Source: a virus. Taken from it: a DNA stretch of 64,000 bases. The position numbers and the translations under genes are program-made. The notes beneath the pieces are model-generated. The model did not search any database. It saw nothing but the letters and a program-made list of their open reading frames with translations, and was not told where the DNA came from. The stretch is from positions 1-64,000 of the IMG/VR virus record IMGVR_UViG_3300010883_000011. One strand, written 5' to 3'. Numbering within the stretch: the first letter of the stretch is position 1; every line of letters starts with the position of its first letter. Positions 48,057 through 57,972 of this stretch are shown here, one piece after another.

Positions 48057-48926
48057 ATGCCCCTGACACAAAACCGACCCGACTATACCGCAGCCCGGCT
48101 CAACAATATCTACGAGACTATCCGAGACGGGTTTGCGCGGTTGCTGCCACGCGAATTGTCGGGGGCCGGGACACACAGCAACGGAACGGCCAAGCAGCGC
48201 ACATACAAGGCGATCTCCGATCTGACGATGGACGAGGCGGAAGCCTCAGCGGTCGCGGCACCAATGGATGTAGTCAGGTTCTTCAAGGAGCAAATGAACG
48301 CGAGATGCGTTGCATACATTGAAACAGAAACCACCAAAACAGACACCTTCACGATCTATGCGGGAAGGCAGGCCGTCAAAGCCGATGTGGCAGCGCCACA
48401 GATTTTCCGTGGTAAAAAGAAGGGGTCCTATGCCTGGACAGAGAGCGCAAAACGGGTCGTTGTCGCTCCGCAAAGGTTGGTTTCTCTCGTGGTGTCCGTG
48501 GCAGGAACGACCGTGGGGGTTGATGACGTGTGGTCAACGACCGCCGGGAACAACTCAAACAACCTTTCGATAGGAAAGGTAGAGACATTCACTTCGTTCA
48601 TCTACCAGCCGCTCACACGGACGGGACAGGTTGAATACTTTACCGACTTCACGCCCGCCAACGAAATCGTACAAACCAACCAACCATACAACGTCCTATA
48701 CACGCAGGCGAAGCTCACGGTAGCGGATCTGTCCAGTCAGTGCGACGGCGCTATTCAGACATTCACCACCGGCAAATACATTTCCGGCACGCTTCGGGTT
48801 TATTGGAACGGGCAGAGGCAGACCACAGGAGAACAAGTGACCGAGGTGACTACGACTACATTCAGCACAACATTTGTACCCGCGTCGGATGACGTGTTGT
48901 TGGTTGACTACCGCCCTGACTCGTAA
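48057..48926 (+). CDS. Putative virion structural protein
   Basis: C-terminal LRVYWNGQRQ...P..DVLLVDY beta module. Confidence 0.55.
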   Translation: MPLTQNRPDYTAARLNNIYETIRDGFARLLPRELSGAGTHSNGTAKQRTYKAISDLTMDEAEASAVAAPMDVVRFFKEQMNARCVAYIETETTKTDTFTIYAGRQAVKADVAAPQIFRGKKKGSYAWTESAKRVVVAPQRLVSLVVSVAGTTVGVDDVWSTTAGNNSNNLSIGKVETFTSFIYQPLTRTGQVEYFTDFTPANEIVQTNQPYNVLYTQAKLTVADLSSQCDGAIQTFTTGKYISGTLRVYWNGQRQTTGEQVTEVTTTTFSTTFVPASDDVLLVDYRPDS

Positions 48927-49077
48927 GTTCTGGTGTTTCGGTTCCATATATTGTTCGTTCGGTAGGGTCGCGTAGGAGCCTGTTACAGTGAGAGCGTACT
49001 TGTAGCCATGGTGACATCCAAAGATGGGTGGGGGCCTGGGTGTACGCTGCCATTCACACTAAATCAAGGAATCCCCC

Positions 49078-50637
49078 ATGGCTCTCCAGTTTGTAACCGA
49101 CCAGATCAAAGACAATGCAGTCACCGCCGGGAAGATGGCGAACAGCACCATCACCTCGGCCCAGGTAGACCTGACGGCGGGCTTCGCTTTCTCTGGCGCA
49201 CTGACTTCGTCTGCTGTGCCTTCGACTGCGAACGATGTAGCCAACAAGACCTACGTTGATAATATCGCGGCGGGCCTGCACTGGAAGGACTCCTGTGCTT
49301 CCGCCACCACCGCCAACTTCGCAGCAACCTACCACAACGGAAACGGCACGCTGACCGCGAGCAGCAACGGTGCATTCACCACCGATGGTCAGGCAGGCGT
49401 TCTCGACCAGCGGGTTCTGGTCAAGAACCAGAGCGCAGCCGCCGAGAACGGAATCTACACCGTCACCACCGTCGGAACCGGTGAAGCACCTGCTGTGCTC
49501 ACCCGCGCCGGCGACATGAACGCAGCCGCCGAGTTCCCTGGTGCAGCCTGCTTCGTGCGAGCCGGAACGACCCTGGCCGACTCTGGCTGGACATGCACTA
49601 TCGACGCAGATCCTACGCTTGGAACAACCGCTATCACCTTCGTGCAGTTCACGGGTGGTGGTCAGTTGACTGGTGGCGACGGAATCAGCATCGTTGGCAA
49701 CGCGGTCGCTATCGACCTTGTGGACAGCGGCTCGGGCCTCTCCTTTGACACCGGCGAACTCCAGATCGCTTCGACTGGCGTGACGAACTCCATGCTCGCG
49801 GGCAGCATTGCCAACGCCAAGCTCTCCAACAGCGCCGTCACGGTCACTGCTGGCACGGCCCTGACGGGCGGTGGCTCGGTGTCCCTGGGTGGCAGCGTCA
49901 CCCTCAATGTCGGCGGGATTGTCAACGCCCAGCTTTCTGGCTCTGCGGGCATCGTGAACGCCAATCTGGCCAACAGCGCGGGCACTGTCCCTGCTGGCGA
50001 CGGCTTGAGCGGTGGTGGCTCGGTGGCCCTGGGGGCGGCTGTGTCCCTGGCTGTCGGAGTCGACGATAGCTCGATTGAGACGAACCTCGACGTTCTGCGA
50101 GTCAAGGCAAGTGGTGTCACCAACACCATGCTCGCGGGCAGTATCGCGGACAGCAATCTGTTGACCATCGCCACCAGCAACAAGGTCAGCGGCTCGGCGG
50201 TACAGTTGGCCTCGTCCAACAGCACCATCGAGAACTCGACCGGGCTTCAGGTGAAACTGGTCGCAAGCAAGGGCCTTGAAGCCGTTGCTGGCGGCCTTCA
50301 AATCAAGCTCGACGGCGCCTCGCTGGCGCTGGGTGCAGCCGGTATCAAGATTCCAGACGCTGGGGTGACCCCTGCCATGCTGGGCTTCCAGCCCCGCAAG
50401 GAAGGATTCACTGGCAACGGATCGGCCACCGCCTTCACTCTTGGCTTCCGCATCTTGAGCAGCGATTGGCTTGACAGCGGCACCGTTTCACGGAACGGGC
50501 AGGTGGTTGACCAAGTCGGCGACTCCCCCACAGGGAACACCGAGTACACCGTCACCGACAACGGAAGCGCCACCACCCTGACCTTCGGGGCTGCGCCCCT
50601 GACCGGCGACGTTCTCCGCATTCTGTATTTCGCGTAA
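49078..50637 (+). CDS. Fibre/decoration-like structural protein
   Basis: NKTYVD...GL.WKDS, RVLVKNQ..A.ENGIY; Gly/Ala repeats. Confidence 0.75.
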   Translation: MALQFVTDQIKDNAVTAGKMANSTITSAQVDLTAGFAFSGALTSSAVPSTANDVANKTYVDNIAAGLHWKDSCASATTANFAATYHNGNGTLTASSNGAFTTDGQAGVLDQRVLVKNQSAAAENGIYTVTTVGTGEAPAVLTRAGDMNAAAEFPGAACFVRAGTTLADSGWTCTIDADPTLGTTAITFVQFTGGGQLTGGDGISIVGNAVAIDLVDSGSGLSFDTGELQIASTGVTNSMLAGSIANAKLSNSAVTVTAGTALTGGGSVSLGGSVTLNVGGIVNAQLSGSAGIVNANLANSAGTVPAGDGLSGGGSVALGAAVSLAVGVDDSSIETNLDVLRVKASGVTNTMLAGSIADSNLLTIATSNKVSGSAVQLASSNSTIENSTGLQVKLVASKGLEAVAGGLQIKLDGASLALGAAGIKIPDAGVTPAMLGFQPRKEGFTGNGSATAFTLGFRILSSDWLDSGTVSRNGQVVDQVGDSPTGNTEYTVTDNGSATTLTFGAAPLTGDVLRILYFA

Positions 50638-50640
50638 GTC

Positions 50641-50982
50641 GTGGCGTTTCTTGTCCGATGGAACACAGGAACATCAGAGGCGACGGTACGGTGCATCGAC
50701 ATCGTACCGTCGCCTCTCCTGGGAGGGTGCCTCCGGCTAACTGGAGTCGCGGGTGTTTCCGATCCAGATCACCCGGATATTCAGGTCCAGACAATGGACA
50801 TTCGGAAAGACCACATCACATACATCGTGCAGGGGGAAAGTGATGGAACCACTGTCGGTGATAGCGAGCTACCCGGCCTTGGTTCTGTCGATGCTGGTGA
50901 TGGCGTGAATAATGAGAACGGTACGCAACAGAGCGGGGTAGACCATGAATGGGGGCGAACCGGAAGCCGCGAACACCGATAA
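50641..50982 (+). CDS. Hypothetical protein
   Basis: Co-oriented ORF 3 nt after previous stop. Confidence 0.5.
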   Translation: MAFLVRWNTGTSEATVRCIDIVPSPLLGGCLRLTGVAGVSDPDHPDIQVQTMDIRKDHITYIVQGESDGTTVGDSELPGLGSVDAGDGVNNENGTQQSGVDHEWGRTGSREHR

Positions 50983-51087
50983 AGCTTAAGAATCGGACCG
51001 AAGAAGACCCTATCGTAGAAAGACCATCGAGAGTTTGTTAGACTCTTGACATGGTCGTGTTTGGAGTAAATACACAGGGGATTCATT

Positions 51088-52530
51088 ATGGCGAAGGCTG
51101 ATTGGACACAGCAGATCTGGTACAGCTTTCCCGACCCTACCGGAATGCTGGACAGCATTGTTGTCGGGCAACGCACGGTAGCGGGGAAGGTCTGCAAGAT
51201 GATCTCTCCGACCAGCGGCTTTTGGTCTGACAGTCTGAAGTATGAGATCGGTAGCGATCCGCAGGCCCTTTGGAGCCAGACAGACTACCTCGTCACCTAC
51301 CAATACGCCTGGAAGGGCGGGGCAATGACTGTTCCGCGTATGCAGGTTGCGGATGAAATCTACATTTGGTCGCGCACCTCTGGGGCAACCTACATTGGGA
51401 CCAACTACCTGTTCACGGGTGGCTATCGCGCCAAAATGGTGGCTGGAGCAGACAACGCGGCCACGCTGACCCTGGAACGGATTGTGGGTGGTGCGGCCAC
51501 TTCTCTTGGAACTACAACGATCACCAGCGGAGCAAACGCAACGTGGTTCAAGCCAGGAACCAGACATACCTATACGCTCTCAGCTTCTGGTGGCGCTTCC
51601 AATGTCGCGCTTGTTGTCCAGATCGATGGAGTCGAATGGCTCAACATCAACGACACACACGAAGCCGCAATCACGACAGGAGCCCCCGCTATGGGCATCA
51701 AGTCGGGTGGCGTGAGTGGCGGCGGTGCTGTCTTTGTAGACAACTTTGAGGTGCGAAAACTCACAGTGGAGGCGGGGCCAGAGGCTTGGCTACCAACACT
51801 TGTCACCGGGCTTTCGTTTTGGACGAAAGCGACAGACGGCTACACCAAGACCGGGTCAAATGCAGTTTCAGAATGGGCGGACCAGTCGGGGAACAGCAAC
51901 AACGCAGGACAAGCAAATCTCACGCTTGCCCCGACCTGGACCGGAAACGCGATCAACTCCATGCCTGTTATGGATTTCGACGGCGTAGACAACACAATGG
52001 CAGCAGCGGACGCCGCAACGCTCGACCTAACCGCGATGTCGGTACTTGGCGTTGTCAAGGCCGATACATTCGGCGGTGCGTCTGGAGAGAACTTCACTTC
52101 CGACTTCGTTTCCAAGGGCACTAATTTTGCGGTAGGCATTATCAACTCAGCCTCTACCGGCTCTGGACAAATGATCTTCACCGCTGGCGGTGAAAACGAA
52201 GAAAGCTCCTCAGATGTCTTCGCCACGGGCAGCGATACCATCATCTGTTGCATAGCCAAGGTTGGCGAGGCCAACGGAGCGTTTTTCATCAACGGTACGA
52301 CATCTGGCACTGTCACCCAGACAGTGGGGGGGGTAAATAGTACCGCTATGTCGCTCGGTACGGACGGAGCCCGGTTCTACAATGGAGAAATCGCAGAGCT
52401 TCTCGTCTACAGCACCAAGCTGTCCGATGCAGACAGAGCGAAAGTCGAAGGCTACCTCGCGTGGCGCTACGGGTTGGTGGCAAACTTGCCCGCCCTCCAT
52501 CCATACAAGACGGCTCCACCCACCCCCTAA
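51088..52530 (+). CDS. LamG/concanavalin-A-like lectin protein
   Basis: VSEWADQSGN.N.A.Q, FDGVD, GEIAELLVY..LS...VEGYLAWRYG. Confidence 0.75.
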   Translation: MAKADWTQQIWYSFPDPTGMLDSIVVGQRTVAGKVCKMISPTSGFWSDSLKYEIGSDPQALWSQTDYLVTYQYAWKGGAMTVPRMQVADEIYIWSRTSGATYIGTNYLFTGGYRAKMVAGADNAATLTLERIVGGAATSLGTTTITSGANATWFKPGTRHTYTLSASGGASNVALVVQIDGVEWLNINDTHEAAITTGAPAMGIKSGGVSGGGAVFVDNFEVRKLTVEAGPEAWLPTLVTGLSFWTKATDGYTKTGSNAVSEWADQSGNSNNAGQANLTLAPTWTGNAINSMPVMDFDGVDNTMAAADAATLDLTAMSVLGVVKADTFGGASGENFTSDFVSKGTNFAVGIINSASTGSGQMIFTAGGENEESSSDVFATGSDTIICCIAKVGEANGAFFINGTTSGTVTQTVGGVNSTAMSLGTDGARFYNGEIAELLVYSTKLSDADRAKVEGYLAWRYGLVANLPALHPYKTAPPTP

Positions 52531-52693
52531 GCGATTCAACGATGGGGATGGCTATTCGTCCCGGTTGTGGCTATAACTATAGTGTCATGGCCTATTCCCG
52601 GCAGGGAGTAGAAACTGTGACGCCCTGTTGGTGTTGGGCCCTCGGTGACGGTGTTGTTGCCGGGGGTCCACTTTCTATGGGGGTAGATAGGGC

Positions 52694-54295
52694 ATGTTGA
52701 TTCTCATTCGATCTGGCTTGCAGATACCCAAAGAGCATCTGACTCCAGAGATAGACCGCGCACTGCGTACCCGTTTGTGCAAACCCAACCCGGCTTATGA
52801 GTCGAGTCAGCGATATGGCCGGTACACAGGGAACATGGAGCGGCTGCTTTGCTTCTACGAAGAACAGCCCGATCATCTTAGGATTCCCAGGGGCGCATTA
52901 GGGCTGGTAAGAGAAACGCTTGCCAGATTTGGTATCGTGCCAGACTTCGATTCTGGTGTTCATACAAACACGATGCGCTCCGTACCCATCGAGGACTTTG
53001 ACGTGGAGTTACGCCCGTATCAACGGGACTGTGTTGAGGCCATGCACAGCCGGGTTCAGGGTGTCGTTCAAATGCCATGTGGTTCTGGTAAAACAACTAC
53101 TGGTGCGGTTGCTCTTTTATCTACTGGAGAACCTGGGTTGGTTCTCGTACATACAGAAGACATCCAGCAACAATGGGTCCAGGCAATCACCGAGCTTACG
53201 GCAGGGGATCGGCCCCGCATAATCCAAGGCAAAGGAAGCAACCTGAAGCCCCTGCGACCGGGGGAAATTGCGGTCGCTATGGTGCAGACCCTTGCAGGGG
53301 CTCGTCAAGTGAGGCAACTCATGCAAAGCGTAGGTGCATTGATCACAGACGAAGCCCACCATGTACCAGCGAATCAATGGAGGCCCATTGTAGATCTCTG
53401 TCCTGCTCGGTACAGGTGGGGACTGACAGCGACACCAGACCGCGCCGATGGTCTTGGCTTTATGCTCCACTTCTTGATGGGTCCTACGATTTTCAAGATC
53501 GGGACAAACGAGCTTATCCGTCAGGGCTACTTGTTCAGGCCGCACATTATTCCGGTGGCGTCGGGATGGGAGCCTGGGGACGACCTATACCCAGCTAACG
53601 TGCCCTGTTATAGCTGCGGTGCCAGAGTCCAAGTTGTACCCGCTCGACACACAAGAGAGGGAACGACCTGTCCGAAGTGCAACAACTACCTTTCATCGCA
53701 ATCGGACACTGAACGCGGAAGGCTCAACTATAGCAAAGCGGTCACGGTTTCGTCGAAAGACAAAGATCGAATGGCGCTAATCTCCGATCTCACGGAAGCT
53801 GCTGTTGCTGATGGTCGCACGGTCCTGGTGTTGGTACCCAGGAAGCAGGCCGTTTGGAGCCTCGTAAAACGCCTGGAGTCGCGTGGAATCATCGCTATAG
53901 GGATAACGTCACAAGACGGAAAGGAACTACGCAGCAACAAACTGCGTGACGCAAGAGCGGGTCGGGTGGAGGCTGTGGTGGCGACACAGCTTGCAGACGA
54001 GGGGCTGGACCTGCCAAGGCTCGACTGCGCCATCAACACGAGCGCGGGAAGAAGCAAGGGACGGGCGCGGCAGAGAGTTGGTCGTACCCTGCGGCCTGTA
54101 GGCAAGACACCTATTGTCTTTGAACTGGTAGATGGTGGGGAGTTTCAAAGTCAATGGGACAGCCGAAAGCGTGCCTACATACAGGAATATGGGCCATGCG
54201 TACACGGTAGCGAGCCACTTGGATTGACGGAGGCCCTGGACGCTCTACGAGCCGTCAACGCCAAAAGCCAAAAACTGTCCGGGGTAGGTTTTTAG
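52694..54295 (+). CDS. SF2 DEAH-box helicase with zinc-ribbon insert
   Basis: LRPYQ, MPCGSGKT, DEAHH, GLTATP, EGLDLP, QRVGR. Confidence 0.9.
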   Translation: MLILIRSGLQIPKEHLTPEIDRALRTRLCKPNPAYESSQRYGRYTGNMERLLCFYEEQPDHLRIPRGALGLVRETLARFGIVPDFDSGVHTNTMRSVPIEDFDVELRPYQRDCVEAMHSRVQGVVQMPCGSGKTTTGAVALLSTGEPGLVLVHTEDIQQQWVQAITELTAGDRPRIIQGKGSNLKPLRPGEIAVAMVQTLAGARQVRQLMQSVGALITDEAHHVPANQWRPIVDLCPARYRWGLTATPDRADGLGFMLHFLMGPTIFKIGTNELIRQGYLFRPHIIPVASGWEPGDDLYPANVPCYSCGARVQVVPARHTREGTTCPKCNNYLSSQSDTERGRLNYSKAVTVSSKDKDRMALISDLTEAAVADGRTVLVLVPRKQAVWSLVKRLESRGIIAIGITSQDGKELRSNKLRDARAGRVEAVVATQLADEGLDLPRLDCAINTSAGRSKGRARQRVGRTLRPVGKTPIVFELVDGGEFQSQWDSRKRAYIQEYGPCVHGSEPLGLTEALDALRAVNAKSQKLSGVGF

Positions 54296-54355
54296 GTCGG
54301 TTCAGATACTTGATCTGGGGCTATAACGAAACACACCGACAGCACCGGACAGGAA

Positions 54356-55630
54356 ATGAAACTGGTTCTACCCCGCTATGAAGATACCCCCGTTCTCGGT
54401 CTACCAGACCGAGCATGGCCCATCACCAACAGTGAACGGATGGGGGCTGCTTGTCCTCGCAAGTACCTGTTCAGCTATATCGAAGGGCTGCGTGCCAAGG
54501 TAGACGCTACCCCCCTGCGGTGGGGTACCGCATGGCATCTCGTCATGGAAACGATCTATGGCTACTGGAAAGAACGAGACGAGCCATGTCCGATGTCTCG
54601 TGTCGAGCGCGTTCTGTACGACATAGACCAGGAGTGGACGATGAATGTCGGCCAGGGCTTGTTGGACGCAGAGGACACCAAGAAGGATCTTCAGCGGCTG
54701 CGTCGGTGTGTCCAGGGTTGGATTCATGTATATGGTCTTGACCCGCTGGAAAACTTTGAAGTCATCGCCGTGGAGCTTGCGGTATCGCGGCCCGTTCTCA
54801 ATCCGTCTAGCGGCAAGCCCTACTGTCCCTCTATGTGGGTGGTTGAGCAAAACGGCGTCTATCGGCCAGCCCGCACCACGGAAAGGTGGACCGCCCAGAC
54901 AGGTGACACCACAGTCAAGCGTGTCCAGTGGCCTATGTACCAAGTCGGCAGGCTCGACTTTGTCTTACGGCACCGCCACACCGGGACCATCTGGGGCGGC
55001 GACCACAAGACCAGCAGTCGACCAGAATCCTATCTCCAGGGGTTGTCCGTTGACCCGCAGATGCCTGGATATATGTGGATGCTGGAAGGGTGCGTGCGGC
55101 GTGGTCTGTTGGAGGGCGTTGATCCACAGTCTCGCATCGGTGGGTTCTTTTATGAGGTCGCGTATAGTGGGATGCAACACGATCCAGATCTATTGAAATC
55201 TGGCAAACTCTCTACCGCGAGAAAGAGGAAGACACCTTCTTGGCGTTTTGAGATGACGGCAAAAGCCCTTGGACTCCCGCTCGCGGAATACGATGAACAC
55301 CTCCGGTACCTCATGGACTCTATTGATCCGGGGTTCTATCTGCGAGAATGGATGACGGTAGGACCGGAACAGCGGCACCGTTATTCAAAAGAAATCTTTG
55401 CAGAGGCAAAGAGGCTTTCAGGTTTGCGTCGCCTCGCGGCACAGTCCAAATCCGAAGAGACATACGAGACTCACCCGAGAGTGCCTGTATGTAGACTGCC
55501 TGGAGGGTCGTGTATTTATCGCGGTCCTTGTTTCGAAGACGGGGTCAACGCCCGCGCAAATTTCAATCTGGCCCCATCTATCACCTGGAACATCAACAAG
55601 TCCACCACAGGAGACTCCAATGGACAATAG
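54356..55630 (+). CDS. PD-(D/E)XK (RecB/Cas4-like) exonuclease
   Basis: CPRKY, G...H, GRLD, DHKT, Q..GY, C-terminal C..C..C. Confidence 0.8.
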   Translation: MKLVLPRYEDTPVLGLPDRAWPITNSERMGAACPRKYLFSYIEGLRAKVDATPLRWGTAWHLVMETIYGYWKERDEPCPMSRVERVLYDIDQEWTMNVGQGLLDAEDTKKDLQRLRRCVQGWIHVYGLDPLENFEVIAVELAVSRPVLNPSSGKPYCPSMWVVEQNGVYRPARTTERWTAQTGDTTVKRVQWPMYQVGRLDFVLRHRHTGTIWGGDHKTSSRPESYLQGLSVDPQMPGYMWMLEGCVRRGLLEGVDPQSRIGGFFYEVAYSGMQHDPDLLKSGKLSTARKRKTPSWRFEMTAKALGLPLAEYDEHLRYLMDSIDPGFYLREWMTVGPEQRHRYSKEIFAEAKRLSGLRRLAAQSKSEETYETHPRVPVCRLPGGSCIYRGPCFEDGVNARANFNLAPSITWNINKSTTGDSNGQ

Positions 55631-56414
55631 CCCACAAGAACCCGCGCCTAACGGCGCACAGAAGAAAGAACAGAAGAAACCCCTTTTTCAAACCGCTGGC
55701 GAGATCGCCCTTGAGTTTCCCTTCAAGGTGATGCTCTTTGGGGATTCTGGTGCTGGGAAGACCTGGGCTGCTGCGACTGCACCGAAGCCTTGTTTCCTCT
55801 TGACCGAACGGAACGGTCTTCATTCCATTCGTGCTTGCAATCCAGATGCGCTTGTTCGCTACTGTGAATCTGCAAACGATATCCGTGAGGTGCTGATGAT
55901 GGCACAGAATGGTGAGTTGCAGAGTCATGGCGTGGAAACGCTTGTGGTGGATTCGTTGACGGAGGTTCAACGGATCTTCCAAGACGAGATCCTGAAAAAG
56001 AAGCGTGGGTCTGGTGGGGAGGACGCCATGCAGCTTCAAGACTGGATGACCCTGACCGAAACAATGAGACGCTTCATTCGGTGCATTCGTGACCTTGACA
56101 TCCACGTTGTTGCTACTGCGCTCGTTGAGTTCAAGCATGACGAGGCCAACGGGGTATCGAGGGTTTGTCCCGCATTTCAGGGGCAGAAGCTCCACAACGA
56201 AGTGGCACAGTTTTTCAATGTCGTTGGCTTCATCTTCCGCCGGGAGGCAAAGGATGATGATGGGAATGTGTCCATCGAGCGGGCCGTGATGCTGGAAGGT
56301 CCGAGCCGCTATGTTGTGAAGCCCTGTGCGCCCCTTCTTGGAATTCGTGAGCCGGATCTTGGCAAGTGGTTTGCCGATGTCCAAAACTTCAACACCAACC
56401 AACCGGAGAACTAA
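55620..56414 (+). CDS. Sak4-like AAA ATPase / annealing protein
   Basis: FGDSGAGKT, LVVDSLT; lies between nuclease and SSB. Confidence 0.8.
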   Translation: MDNSPQEPAPNGAQKKEQKKPLFQTAGEIALEFPFKVMLFGDSGAGKTWAAATAPKPCFLLTERNGLHSIRACNPDALVRYCESANDIREVLMMAQNGELQSHGVETLVVDSLTEVQRIFQDEILKKKRGSGGEDAMQLQDWMTLTETMRRFIRCIRDLDIHVVATALVEFKHDEANGVSRVCPAFQGQKLHNEVAQFFNVVGFIFRREAKDDDGNVSIERAVMLEGPSRYVVKPCAPLLGIREPDLGKWFADVQNFNTNQPEN

Positions 56415-56416
56415 TC

Positions 56417-57025
56417 GTGGCACTCATTGATCCGAACGCCCTCGCGGGCGAGAACAGCACCAAGTCAGAGGTACGCAAATGCGGCTCTGGTCGAAAAACA
56501 CTGGTACCCGTTGGGTACGAACACCGCACAGCCGGTGAGAAACCTGTAGTGGACATCAGGTATGTCTGCGTCGAAGACCACGAAGGCAACGGGGACGAGG
56601 GAGCAGAGGTGACCGACACCTTCTGGCTCAACTCTCCGTCGTTGTGGGTGATCGCCAGTTGGGCGCTTGCTATGGGTCAGGTCGAACCATTCGATCCAGA
56701 AGTCGGTGAAGACTTGACGAAGGTACTGATGCGTGGCGCTGTCACCGCACAGGTCGGCGTCACCGAGAGGAACGGGTACACCGGCCATGAGATCAAGGCC
56801 AAGGCGTACACCAAGGCAAGCATCGAGACGGACCCCGCGACACAACAGCCCAACTACACCTCTGCTCAACGCGATATGATCGCAGCAGCCGAGAAGAGGT
56901 GGACTGGCTACCTCCGCTGGCGCTCACAGAACCCAAGAGGCGGAAACGCCCCTACGGGCTCTACGCAGCAAGGAAGCACCAGTGGAGCAAGTGCCCAGAC
57001 AGACTACTCGGACATCCCGTTCTAG
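56417..57025 (+). CDS. Single-stranded DNA-binding protein
   Basis: Low-complexity tail ending DIPF; position. Confidence 0.7.
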   Translation: MALIDPNALAGENSTKSEVRKCGSGRKTLVPVGYEHRTAGEKPVVDIRYVCVEDHEGNGDEGAEVTDTFWLNSPSLWVIASWALAMGQVEPFDPEVGEDLTKVLMRGAVTAQVGVTERNGYTGHEIKAKAYTKASIETDPATQQPNYTSAQRDMIAAAEKRWTGYLRWRSQNPRGGNAPTGSTQQGSTSGASAQTDYSDIPF

Positions 57026-57614
57026 CGGCTATGCCATTGGGGTCGACCCTGGGAAAGAGGGTGCGGCGGTAGTGTTGCTCGGCAGGTCGGCTGTCGCAGC
57101 CGCATGTTGGAAACAAGTGAAACGCCAACGCAAGTCGGTGTTTGAGTTCAAGCTGGCAACACCTGAACAGCTTGTTTCCGTCGAGTACCTACCCCGCGCT
57201 TCGGCTGTTGGACAGTCGCTTTGCCAGTTCCTTCGTGCCTTTAGTATTGGAGAATCCTTACTTGCTTGTGAAGACATCTTTTTCAGTAAGAATGTCCGTA
57301 GCGCCGTATCGCTGGCGCGAACAGCAGGCGAAGTAGTTGGGGTTCTTGAGAACCATCTGGACACCAAGTCCGAATGGGTCATGGCCGGGGAGTGGCGGTA
57401 CGACATTCTCGGCCTCGCCAGAAACACCAAGAGGGAGATAGCCAAGGCGGCTTCTCTCAAACTATTGCCTGCGAGGGTCAAGTTGCTCGATCAGATTTTG
57501 GATCGGGTCGGGAAACTTGACCACGTTACCGACGCGGCTGGCGTAGCCGCTTGGGTGCAGGCACAGGAAACCAGCAGGAACAATGAACATGTCTACAATT
57601 CGCGTGTCTTCTGA
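56982..57614 (+). CDS. RuvC-like Holliday junction resolvase
   Basis: IGVDPG, CED, D..TDA; start uncertain. Confidence 0.75.
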   Translation: MEQVPRQTTRTSRSSGYAIGVDPGKEGAAVVLLGRSAVAAACWKQVKRQRKSVFEFKLATPEQLVSVEYLPRASAVGQSLCQFLRAFSIGESLLACEDIFFSKNVRSAVSLARTAGEVVGVLENHLDTKSEWVMAGEWRYDILGLARNTKREIAKAASLKLLPARVKLLDQILDRVGKLDHVTDAAGVAAWVQAQETSRNNEHVYNSRVF

Positions 57615-57972
57615 GGACATAGAAAAGGTCTTTGAGAAATGGCGTAGCCACCAGAAACGCCCCCACCTCTGTCGCCTCACAGAAGATCGGAAAGATCTAA
57701 TTCGAAAACGAATGCGCCTCGGCTATTCAGTCGATGACTTCTTGGCGTTGATTGAGTACGCGTACCGGTCCAACGATCCCGGTCCCCGGTGGTGGCGCGG
57801 CGAGAACCCCAACACCAGAACGTATTTAGGCGTTGACAACCTCTTTAGAAAAGAGCCGCTTGCAAGCCGGATTGAAGCCGCCCTGAACTGGCAAGAGGAT
57901 GGGTCGCACACCGTAGAGGAACAGGACGACAACTTCGGTCCGTTTCGCCTTATAAGTGGCGGGAAGCCGTGA
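57583..57972 (+). CDS. Replication-initiator-like small protein
   Basis: VFE.W...LT.DR...IR.R...GYS, WW.G, LF; upstream of primase. Confidence 0.5.
   Translation: MNMSTIRVSSEDIEKVFEKWRSHQKRPHLCRLTEDRKDLIRKRMRLGYSVDDFLALIEYAYRSNDPGPRWWRGENPNTRTYLGVDNLFRKEPLASRIEAALNWQEDGSHTVEEQDDNFGPFRLISGGKP

Noticed and set aside
48927-49077. Possible ncRNA or riboswitch
   Set aside because: Only short hairpins and no recognisable family motif; no tRNA was recognised anywhere in the window.
49054-50301. 415-aa minus-strand ORF and other long antisense ORFs
   Set aside because: Shadows of GC-rich coding genes on the opposite strand; no motifs.
54356-55630. Cas4-like nuclease as adaptation partner of the RAMP/array
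   Set aside because: It lies 53 kb away in a standard nuclease-Sak4-SSB recombination module; no cas1 is recognised.
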